NCBI GenBank assembly: GCA_049724395.1
Contig: JAUGWO010000147.1
Location: 1-40,982 of the forward strand
Direction of reading: 5' to 3'
Origin: Spongospora subterranea f. sp. subterranea
Taxonomy: Eukaryota
DNA length: 40,982 nt
Shown here: in pieces, positions 1 to 10,272 of the stretch
How positions within the stretch are numbered: the stretch's first letter is position 1
Layout: each line of letters begins with the position of its first letter
Made by a program: the position numbers and the translations under genes
The notes under the pieces: model-generated
The model's input: only the letters and a program-made list of their open reading frames with translations
Databases searched by the model: none
What the model was told of the DNA's origin: nothing

Positions 1-2109
1 TCCTCATTAGCATCCTTTTCGGGAAAACAGCAGCACACTACAAGGTGCATTTTCTTCAGCTGTTCCGTTCAATGGATTTAAAGACAATGGAAGTTTTTGA
101 AAAGAGGTTTCCTGGTATGAACGTGTGATTTTCGGATGCAGAGCGAATCGGTTTTGAATTGGCGATTCGCGAGATTTGCTCAATCCCGGAACACAGGCCC
201 ATTGATCTTCAAAACTATTACCGTTTTTGTGACCTTTATTTCAAGAAACCCGCAGTCAGGGTTCTTGTAAATGCCGCTTTGATTCATCCCGCCAAAGAAT
301 TCATTTTTTACAACAAAGTTCTCCAGCTCCTTGTTTGCCAGCCCCTCGTCGAGTTTTGAACTCTGGTCAAAGAACTCAAGCAGGAATTTCCAAAAGTCAC
401 AAACTGGCTGGATTGGCACATGGCCCCCAGCAGAGAGAAACATATTTTTCCAGCAGTTTGTGAAAATGCAAATTTTGATTCTATGCGCAAAAATACCAAC
501 GCCCAGGAATCATTGGGTGGGGATTTCCAGCAATTCGCACCAAAGAAAAAGTTGACGGTTGCTGAATGCGTCGACCATTCGTACAGATATGTCACTCAGC
601 TTGAAGTTGATTTCAAGTTAGCCGACGCAGGAATGCGGCTGCGATACACAAATCCGAAAAAGAGAAAGGGTAAATTTCAGAACGACGGTCGTCCACCGGA
701 TACAACACGTACGTTGATTAAGGGCCGAACAACAATTGGGCGGCCTAAAGGAAGCAAGAACAAAATTCCAAAACTGGGTAATGATCTGGATTTTGCTAAT
801 TTTGGAATCCCAAGGTCGTTCGTCTATCGCGAAATGAAGGCTACGAACACTGGTCCTTTGGACACTGCACTGATGACGATGTATTTGTTGCAGAGGTTTC
901 GGCTTATATTTATTCCAGAGCAAGAGACCCTCTTACTCTCTTGTTTGAAATCAATCGATGCAGAAAATTACGACAAAGCACGTTATGACTGGCTACGTTC
1001 GACAAGTCATTCGACTGGCGACGACCTCGACATATATGGATCGATGGAAGAAACGCTTCCAAGACTATGTCCCAAGCATCTTCAAGATTGGCGTTCGTAT
1101 TGAGGCATACTGTTCCTTGGAATCTTGCGTTAAACCGAAATTTAGTCGCAGGATAACAAGAAGCGAGCTCTTTATAAGCGAGGAGATTCCTGTCCATGAA
1201 TCCATCGAACGTTTTTTGGACAATCCGATCAGGGGTGGACATCGACAACGCATTAACAGTGAACAGATACTCTCAGTTCCCGAAAGAGATCGAAGACTTC
1301 GCCCTCAACCACTTGACCCAACTGGAGACGTGATCCAGGACGATCCAATTTGGGAATGCAGGGGCGACATTTGGACTGAAAGTCATGAGCTTTAATCAGC
1401 GCCATTAGTTCTTGATCTGCAGTTTGTATATGGCGTCTTCAACGCTGCCAGTATGACGCGAACTGTTCAATTCGGTTTGAATGAGTACTTCTTTGGAGCA
1501 ATCATGTTTTCCAACGGCTGCCATTTTACGGGAACTGTGATTGTGGAGCAAAGTGGCCTATATTATGACGGTTTGATGAAATCCAAAAAACTAAGATGGG
1601 TCCGGCCTGATAACCAGAAACATGGTTTTTTCGTTTACCGATGCTGGTACGTCAGACGCGGAGATGTAGAGAACTCAAACGAAGTATTGGTTGAAGATCG
1701 TCATGAAGGCGGCACCGAATCCGACAATACGATGAACATGGTGGACCCATTTCTGCAATCGAAAGACGAGATTAATGACACACGACTGATCTCTAAAACC
1801 ATCGGAACTCAACATACAATTTCAAAGCAAAAAGGTAAAAAAATCTTTCCGGAGGGATTGTCGCTTCAGCCGATTGCAAAACGAGGGATTGTTCCCAGTT
1901 GTACAACCTGTAATGTGCAGTTCGATCGACATCAACGTCGACTTGTCGCAAACAGAGTCATTAACGCCGAAAAGGGTTGGCGAAGAATTAGATCAATACA
2001 TTTGAGCAGTGGGTGTAGTGCCAATGGCCTTTCTGTGGAAGAAAAAGAGCAACTGGCATCGATGGTATTCGATGACCAAGAGCTCCAGGAGTTGGTTTGC
2101 GGAATTTGA
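1..2109 (+). pseudogene. Decayed Mutator-like (MULE) DDE transposase fused to AT-hook, USP/papain-like protease region and C-terminal PARP-type-like zinc finger; 5' end lies outside the window
   Basis: Stitched frames read ISILFGKTAAHYKVHFLQLF..DFSDAERIGF..RFCDLYF..EFPKVTNWLDW..IFPA..TNAQES, matching MULE-type D, CxxH-like and E motifs. Then GRPKGSKNK (AT-hook, about 738-765), NTGPLDTAL (Cys-box-like, 846), GCHFTGTV..LYYDG (His-box-like) and CTTC..KGW..IHL..C. Lesions: frameshift near 125, TGA 357-359, frameshift near 1070, TAA 1393-1395. Confidence 0.7.
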
Positions 2110-2172
2110 ATAAACCATGTTCTGACCACGAGCTCCAGGGATTGGTTTTCGAAATTTGAATGAATCATGTTC
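2073..2172 (+). repeat. Imperfect tandem duplication of about 50 bp spanning the transposase stop codon
   Basis: tgaccaagagctccaggagttggtttgcggaatttgaataaaccatgttc is followed by tgaccacgagctccagggattggttttcgaaatttgaatgaatcatgttc. Confidence 0.85.
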
Positions 2173-2239
2173 ATGGTGCATCATGACACATGGTGGAGGA
2201 TTTTATATGATTAAAACAGGGATAGTAGTCACGTAATCA

Positions 2240-2627
2240 ACAGGTTTAGTGATTTTCGCATAGCAATCCCTGGAGCTCGTGCTCATCTAATACCGTCAAT
2301 GCGAGTTGCTCTTTTACAAAGGAATTTATCCTCGACCGGGCGACATCCACTAGACGTCATTGCATTGTAGGGCCAAGAAGATTTTGAACAAACAATCAGG
2401 TTTAAATTGGATTGAACGGTCTACGCCGAACTAGCAATGACTATTTTGAAATGGGATAGGTTTTCGTCCTCTGTCGCGTTCATGTTTGATATAATGTCTT
2501 GGGTGTGTGGTTTGTCTGTTTCTCGGCCGTTAAACAACCATGGACTTTCTTGAGTGTGTCAAATTAATCCCCGGATTAATCGAAGTCACCCACAGTGTCT
2601 GAGTGTGTAACACACCAAAAACTAGTG
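2240..2627 (-). mobile_element. Non-autonomous TE module (putative terminus CACTAGTTTTTGGTGTG plus decayed Zn-finger tail); inverted copy of 33016-33530
   Basis: 2364-2627 is the diverged reverse complement of 33016-33262, and 2240-2345 of about 33415-33530. Similarity stops abruptly at ..caccaaaaactagtg (2627). Confidence 0.8.
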
Positions 2628-2699
2628 CGAGAATAACTCCGTACGGAATTGCGGGGTCACGGCTATCGCCAGCCATGATAACAGTATGATTGTCATTCT

Positions 2700-5612
2700 T
2701 CAAAGTTCTTCGTTATACTGATGATGCCGATGGTATTAAATTCGATAATATTGATTCTTGGTGCCGGATTCCTCTTTCAACCATTGAATGGGTCCCCTGC
2801 CCTTATTGCGGCAATTAAAAACGGGTCGCTATATTCTATTGATGTTGGACAATACTGTACTGAGGGACTAATTGGATGATGTAGAGATGAATCCGCTGAG
2901 AAATTGGCCGCGACATTTGACCCACGTGCGGTTCCTCTCTATTATTCTGAATGTGGCACTGGTTGGAATGATTATTGGGAGACGAGATTCAACAGGTACA
3001 AGGTCACCGTTCTTGATTTAGCACTTCTCTACGGCCGGTAATTTCGACTTGACAATGGATTCTATATCCTGCTTGATGTCAATTTAATAGAAAAAATGCT
3101 GCCATTATTCTGATAAATAGAGGGGCCGATATATCCACACAGGGTGAATTCGGGAATACTCCATTGCACATCGCCGCTGGTCGGGGCCTGTAATATATTC
3201 ATATGATATGTCATTCCCCATTATCTGACACCTCAATAGAGATACCGTCGTCAGGGAGCTCTTGAAAAATATCAAAATGACAAAACCACAAGCTATTGAC
3301 CTCCAAAACAAGGATTGTAAAACTCCACTCCATTTTGCAGCGGACTATGAATGGTTGGTCGTTGAGAGTGTTTAAGGGTGATCTGCTGTCAATATTTACT
3401 ACTGATTGTTCAGGGAAGATGTGATCAAGACTCTGTTGGTTGGAGGAGCCAATCCAAATATCGTTGATAATTTCGGCTATACACCACTGCACCTCGCGAT
3501 ACAACGAAACCTGTAGAGTGCTATAATCTGTGGAAATTGCAACTCATCTGATTGAGATCTCACAGAAGTGGACAGACCATTATTGATATAATTGAGGCGA
3601 TGAAGGCAAAGGCTGTCGATGATCTGGACCATAATGAGATTACGAATCCCTCTGAGTATTCAAGTGGAACAATGGTTCATGATGGCCTGTATATTCTTAA
3701 TAGGTGTGTTGAAATCATAAGAGTCGTTGACCTGATCACACAGGGACCCAAATACAATCGGTGAAGCGACGTCAAAAATAATGAACCTCAGCGACAATGA
3801 GGGACGCACTGCTTTCTGGATGGCAGTTCGTCATCAGCGGTTGGTCAAATTTACTATCCTGTTCTAATCACCCACATCAATGATGTGTGTCTGTGTATCT
3901 CCAGTGGTGACATCGCCAACATTCTTTTCAAAAATGGTGCCGATCCCACTAAATCGGATAACAGTGGGGACTCACCATTTCACACCAGTTTGCCAACTGA
4001 CATGTATATCGCCCAAATCTCACCAAATACTCAAAGTTTTATTTATGTGCTGACAGGACAGACGAAATGATCATTTTGATGATCAAAAATATTGATGTCA
4101 ACCACGTGGACATCTTTGGAAAGAATCTGCTCCAATATGCATTTGAAGACAGACGGTTGGTCGTAATTAGTGCTGGATATTGATCAGCGCATCAATCAAA
4201 CTGATAATTTAGGGAAGTTTTGATCAAACATCTGTTGGAGAGAGGCGCCACTACTATCATTCCTGATCGTGATGGGAATACTGCACTTCACCTGGCAATA
4301 ATGTTTGAACTGTATTATGGACAATTCAAATTGTTGACTTATCAAAATAGCTTATTACAATTTCTACAGAAGTGATCAGATCTTCATTGATATAATTAAA
4401 GCGGCGAGTCCAAAACCAATCCACCTTGTGCTCCAGAATAAGATGACATCACGATTCTTCAGGGATTTAAGTGACAAACTGCACGAGAACCTGTATGTTG
4501 GTCAGATATCGGTCGGGCACATGAAAGGTCCTGATCTGATCTCACAGACCCAGAGAGGTCGTCAGGAATATACTCGCTCTCTCGTGCGACGCTATAATCA
4601 ATTCGAAGAGACGTGATGGCCAAACTGCTTGCTGTTTGGCAGCTAATAATAATCGGTTGGTCAAATCCTCTGTCTGGCTCTAATGAGCGAGTTTAATACT
4701 AAGGTCTCGTATACCCAGTGTTGATATCGCCCAAATTCTGGTGGAGAACGGTGCCGATCCCACAATAGCGGATTATAGTGGGAATACACCAATATACGGT
4801 CTTCTATTCGAACTGTGAGTTAAACAGATCTCACTCACTTCAACAGATACTGATGTTCTCACAGATCAGACGATTCTTTTCTTTCGATTATCCGAAATTT
4901 TGATATCAACCACCTGTCCAATGATGGGTCCACTATTTTCCATTGTGTTATTAAGTGTGATCGGTTGGTCAATTGATATTGTGAGGACACTGATCGGTCC
5001 CTCATTAACACTGATGAATTAGGGAAGTTTTGGTTATGAATTTGTTGAAGAGAGGCGCCAACCCCAGTATTGCTGATCGTTATGGGAACACAGCACTTCA
5101 CCTGGCGATACTGCATAATCTGTACACACCTTTTATCATGTTATATTTACCAAAGGTCTCATGTTAAATCTCATAGGAGTTCAGAGACCATTATATCTAT
5201 ACTTGAGGTGGCGACGCCAAGACCGGCCGATGTTCTGGGTCAAAACGGGATCGCAGTGTATTTGAATTGGAAGTTATCTAATGCACCCCTGTATATTGTT
5301 AATGGGTGTCGATATCATTGAAGTCGCTGATCTGATCTCACAGGGACCCAAATGTCAACCGTCAGTCCACGTCAAAAATAATCAATTTCAGAAATCAATT
5401 CTGTCAAACTGCTCTGTTTCTGGCGTTTTCTCATGATCGGTTGGTTGAAATCACAGTCCTGTTCTGATCACATCTTCGATAGTGAGTTTTTGTATTTCTA
5501 GTTTGGATATTGCCCAGATTCTTATGGATCGAGGTGCCGATCCCAATATACCAGATAGTCATGGGGAGTATTGGACACCCGAAACCGCACCTGGCGATAC
5601 ATCATAACCTGT
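2700..5612 (+). pseudogene. Degenerate ankyrin-repeat gene/array with about 800-bp internal periodicity
   Basis: Fragmented ANK motifs GANPNIVDNFGYTPLHLAIQ (about 3445), LFKNGADPTKSDNSGDSPFH (about 3925), LLERGA..PDRDGNTALHLAI (about 4235), ILVENGADPTIADYSGNTP (about 4735) and ILMDRGADPNIPD (about 5520), with many stops and frameshifts. ggtgccgatccc recurs at about 3936, 4750 and 5533. Confidence 0.85.
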
Positions 5613-5949
5613 AGACTGTGTACAGCCCTCTGCTCTTATTTCTTTAACGACAACTGTATGTTCCTTATTCAATAAATCGTTTTCACAAGTTTTACGAACT
5701 CTCTTGAACCTTTGTTTACACATTTTCACCTCACCACCGGCTTTACTTTCTAAACTCAGTACAAACCGGTTCAACTGGTAAACAATTTCTTGGTATCTTT
5801 CTACTGACTTTTGAGGCGAATAGTGAACAGTCGAGACCACACTGATTTTGAAGTTGCTGATTCTCAGTCGAATAGCTCTTCCAGCGGTACTGAAACTCTT
5901 ATTATCAGTCAACTTGTTAGATCTGGCAGACCCTGTTGAATCCCCCCAA

Positions 5950-6680
5950 ACTCAAAAATTTTGATCCTCAATCAATTGCAAATCTCCTTTGACAACGATC
6001 CGCTTACGAGTCACTTGTCGCTGAGCGACGTCAAATATATGGCGAATCTAATCACTGCTGTTTTTAATCAAAATCACAATGATCCCATTCTCCTAAAACC
6101 CTTTGCAAAAGTTTAATTCGGAAAATCGCTCCAGGAGGTGACCGATCCGGACATCATTACTCATTTGAAGCAGTTTCTAAAAGCCACATCCGTGTCTGGA
6201 GGAATTGATATTGATCGACCACAAGTCTTAATGACATGGGACCAAAAGATCATCAACATCGCATTATCGCTTTTTTCTCCAGGATGGATGAACTTCTAAT
6301 AGACCTTGGGATCGCTGATTTGTTCGCTGACGAAAAACATCAAAAACAAAATCAAATATCTGATCAACGGCATTCGACCGAATAGTTTGAAAATCATGAT
6401 CGAACACGCACTCGAGTTTGCTTCTGAATCACAAGCTGCTCGAAAAGACGAAGCTGCTTTCTACAAAATTAGTTCTTTCCAAATCGAAATTCATCTCAAT
6501 CAAGTACAGTACATCTGGAAAACAGTTTCAAAACCCGCTACCTCTTTCGCTGGGCGAACCACTAAAGGAGGACATCTTATACCGAAAACAGTCTTTTGAA
6601 ATGTTTATGCCACGTCCACCCCCTATAAACGGTTGTCCACCCCTATAAACGGTTGTTTAGTATGCAATGGAGCACATTAA
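5950..6680 (+). mobile_element. LTR retrotransposon gag-like remnant (Ty3/gypsy type) ending in a Zn-knuckle-like motif
   Basis: Broken frames read IKYLINGIRPNSLKIMIEHALEF and PRPPPINGCLVCNGAH (CxxCxxxH, about 6651-6677). A 21-bp tandem duplication gtccaccccctataaacggtt lies at about 6614-6655. Confidence 0.55.
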
Positions 6681-6702
6681 GGACAAGTTTGTGACACAGT
6701 TT

Positions 6703-7415
6703 TGTAGATATTCATGAACAATAACGGTTGGCTCCATGAGCCGTATGACATTCGGGCAGATACCCGCTCTTCTATCTTTTTTGGACGTCAATTAAGAGTC
6801 CCGACTCTCTACCAATACACAGACATGGCAGAAGTACAGGAGAAGGAGCCGTCTCTGACAGATTCAGAACCAGATGCTGCGACTGATTACTATTGCAAGT
6901 CAGTCTTGCTACCTCATCTGTAATTAGATTTAGTCGAATCAGTGTTAGTGCTCCTAAGTCTAATTTGGCAAAGACTCCTGTTGGTACTGCAGTTGAGGGT
7001 ATCTCAAGGTGTTGGTGTCCCAGCCTTATTGATCCCAACGATCTCGCCCGAGTCCCTTAACATGTTGGTAAATTGGCTGCGTTCTTCATCCAGAAATGGA
7101 AATGTGTGTCCTTGCCGTCGAACACTGGTGTGTGTATTCTATCGTAATCCCCCAATATTCTTCCCAAGGTCACCCTCGATACTCTTCTCGGTGGATTGTG
7201 CTTCATTCAATAATAGCTGTGCCAGATTGGATTGACGCTCTAAGAGAGTAATCAGTCGCAGCACCTGGTTCTGAATATGTTAGGGACGGCTCCGTCTGTG
7301 TATTGGTAGAGAGTCGGGACTCTTAATTGACGTCCAAAAAAGATAGAAGAGCGGGTATCTGCCCGAATGTCATACGGCTCATGGAGCCAACCGTTATTGT
7401 TCATAATTATCTACA
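6703..7415. repeat. Inverted repeat; arms about 6703-6891 and 7247-7415, spacer about 355 bp
   Basis: 6714-6824 reads as the exact reverse complement of 7294-7404 (111 nt). The inner extension 6845-6891 vs 7247-7293 is imperfect, with an indel of about 20 nt. Confidence 0.95.
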
Positions 7416-8147
7416 GTCTCCAAGACTGATTTAGGTAAAACATTGGCAGACCAACCCAACTAAACTGCCGCGTTCAGGTGGATTGAAGCCAAGGACTGAA
7501 TGATACTCTAATAGGTCAAGTTCAATCTTTCGTAACCGGTATAGCTGAAACGACGATCACATCGGCTGGCGATTCGAGTGGGCTTCAACGTTCGTATATT
7601 TTAGAGCAATGTGAGAATGGTTTTCTGGAAAGCTGATCCTCGTTGATCTTGTTGATAGTTCAGCAGAGGGGACATGTTCATTCCATATCGCGATGTTGTT
7701 CTCTCTGAGGTACTGTATTACATTTCTACAGAAATTGTGATGAGATAAAATGGTCAGGTTGAATGCGGTAATCAAGCGTCTCAACCCAAAGTTGGAGAAA
7801 TTCTGGGAGATGTCGTTGCCGTGGAAGAGGGATCGAAATCCGACTGTGATCGCAAAGAGTCGTTGGGAAAAACAAGCGACACACACAATTCAGGATAAAC
7901 AGGATGAGGCATCAGCGATTAAGTCGCTCTTAGATCACGAATAGTTCGGCCATTACAGGTTCTTTCTGATGAGGGTCAACACGATTCTTTTTGGCGGATC
8001 AATGCGATTGATTGACGAGGTATTTGTGACGAACAGCTAATTAGGGAATCTCTTAACAGTCGCTCCGAACCCCGTTTGCCATCATTGCTCGGCTGAACCA
8101 TCATCCTGCAATCGGCCTATGGGTTGGGGAATAGGCTGATCAACCAA

Positions 8148-9086
8148 ATGGAACAGCGACAATCACCGGCCACAGCCGCGACCGAGCCTGGGCCAGATAT
8201 CGGCCCCGAGAGTCACCATCCACCCGACCATGATACGTCGGCCGACCCACCGCCAACGCCAACGTTGGTTCGGCGGAACTCAACCGAGATGGTGCGGATC
8301 CTGATGAAGAATACGGCACAACCTCAGTCGATCAGCGACGTGATCGATGAGTTGTCGACTGTCGAATTGGCGATAAAACACATCCAGCAAGTGTTCATTT
8401 CGCGATCGTCGTCGATTCGTGAGGCGTTCCGTAAGCTAGACCCGGAATCCTATGGATATATCGCCATGGGCGATTTCCGTACAGCACTGGACGACGACTC
8501 GCTGGCGGTCGGCAACGAACTCTCGATGGAAGAGAAGGACATGGTGTGCATATTCGCAGACGTCAAAGGAACCGGGAAGATCGACTATCTCGCGTTTTTC
8601 AATCTGCTGTTCCGCGATCATTATCAGGCGAAACGGGAGCTGATCGCCAGCAGCACATTACGCCAAGTCGTGGTCGTCTTCAGACATGGAGCGCGATTCC
8701 CGTTGAAACCGTTCCCGATGGACTCGTCGTGGCCGAAGGACGCCATATTCTGGAAGACGTATGGGGGGAAGTTAACCCCAACCGGCCAGGCGCAATGCTA
8801 TCACCTTGGGGAACTTCTACGAGCCAAGTACTTACAGGTATTGCACCGACGGTCTCGGTTGTCCCATTGGCAAATCAGGATGATTGAGTTGGCCCATAGG
8901 AGGAGCATCTATTAGGTGAAGACGACCCCGATCTCCCCGATGCACTCTATGTTTACACGAGTAATAGCGATAGGACCTTGATGTCGGCACAATCGCTCCT
9001 ACTGGGGATGTTCCCCAACGTGTCGCAGAGTTTCGCCATCGAGAGGAAACCGGGCTCGTCCGACTCGCACCCCGCTTCGTCCGATC

Positions 9087-9118
<32 letters not shown>

Positions 9119-10107
9119 AGTTACCCAGTTCAGGGACAATATCAGACGATCAAGATCCATTTGGCCGATATGTCTGTGCAATATCTCCCATTACTTCATG
9201 GCCATAAGAACAATCCGCTCTACAACGTCCTGAAGGCGGACGCCTTTCAGCGCTCGTCCGTATTCACGGTCTCGTCCTTGAATCCGGCCTATATCGATCT
9301 CCTCCAAAAGCTATATCAGGCAAACCGAACCACGATCGCGATCGTTTCCGTTGCTTTCTGATCGGGGATTTTCCCAAATCTGTCGTAGATGACCGGATTC
9401 GACGCGATTCGCCCCGAGGTTCCCATTGTCCAGCGCCTTCAAGTATTGCAGACCTTATACCAGCAGATCGCCATCGAGAGGGCGCATCGAATGAGGTTGT
9501 TCGCCAATCGAAACCACATCTGGTTCGAGCCGAACGACGAGCGTCTGATCCGGACCATGGCCGAGTACACTGTCCGACTGCGATATCAGGGTTTGGACGG
9601 CGATGATCAACGGCGAATGTCGCGATTAGCTGCGGGAACGCTGCCCATCGAGATCGGTAAATCCGGTTCTGCGCCCATCGTCCGATCCCGTGTCCAACCT
9701 GTCGTTGTTGTTGGCGATCTCAGTGAACGCGTTCCGTGGTGTCGTGAACGGGGAGTCGCCCAGGAAGCTGGCGCTATACTCGGCCCACGACAACACAATC
9801 ATGGCGCTGTTGTCGCACTTGGGCTATCGGGACTGGGATGTGCCCCAGTTCGGTGGGCACTGCATCTTCGAGCTGCACCAGGATCGCGATCGGACCTGTG
9901 TCGGTCCGGTTCGCCTATAACGATAGTATCGATCGATTGGAGCGGATCAGGTATGTTCAGCTGCCACTGAATCACGAGATCGTGAACTGGTCCGACACGG
10001 TCGCTGGCCATACCGACTTCGCCCAATTCGAGCACACTTTACGACATGAGCGACAGAGCATCAAGAACGACGTCGACTGGAATGAGCAGGTCAAGGTCAC
10101 ATTGTAA
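8148..10107 (+). CDS. EF-hand pair plus histidine acid phosphatase (His_Phos_2 / branch 2); spliced, one apparent frameshift
   Basis: EF loops DPESYGYIAMGDF and DVKGTGKIDYLAF; VFRHGARFP, GKLTPTG, SDRTLMSA and YSAHDNT. Predicted introns 8838-8899, 9320-9388 (GC donor) and 9657-9723. An apparent +1 base lies near 9898 before SVRFAYN. Confidence 0.88.
9087..9118 (+). repeat. (GAC)n trinucleotide repeat encoding a poly-Asp tract
   Basis: cacgacgacgacgac.. translates as HDDDDDDDDDDS. Confidence 0.95.
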
Positions 10108-10272
10108 ACGCGATCGACAATCAGAACCGATCGTGGGTCAATTTATATATATTATCAACAAAATATAGAGCATTAGTTCTAAAACGGGTTGATAGAAATC
10201 TGTGGCAATAGCGACAATACTGCTCTGGTCCGATATCAGACGACCAGAGCGCCATCTGTTTAGGGGGGATGA

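Noticed and set aside
357..1395. Stop-codon readthrough or alternative genetic code in the MULE ORF
   Set aside because: The stops co-occur with frameshifts and catalytic-motif decay, and conserved host genes in the window read normally in the standard code.
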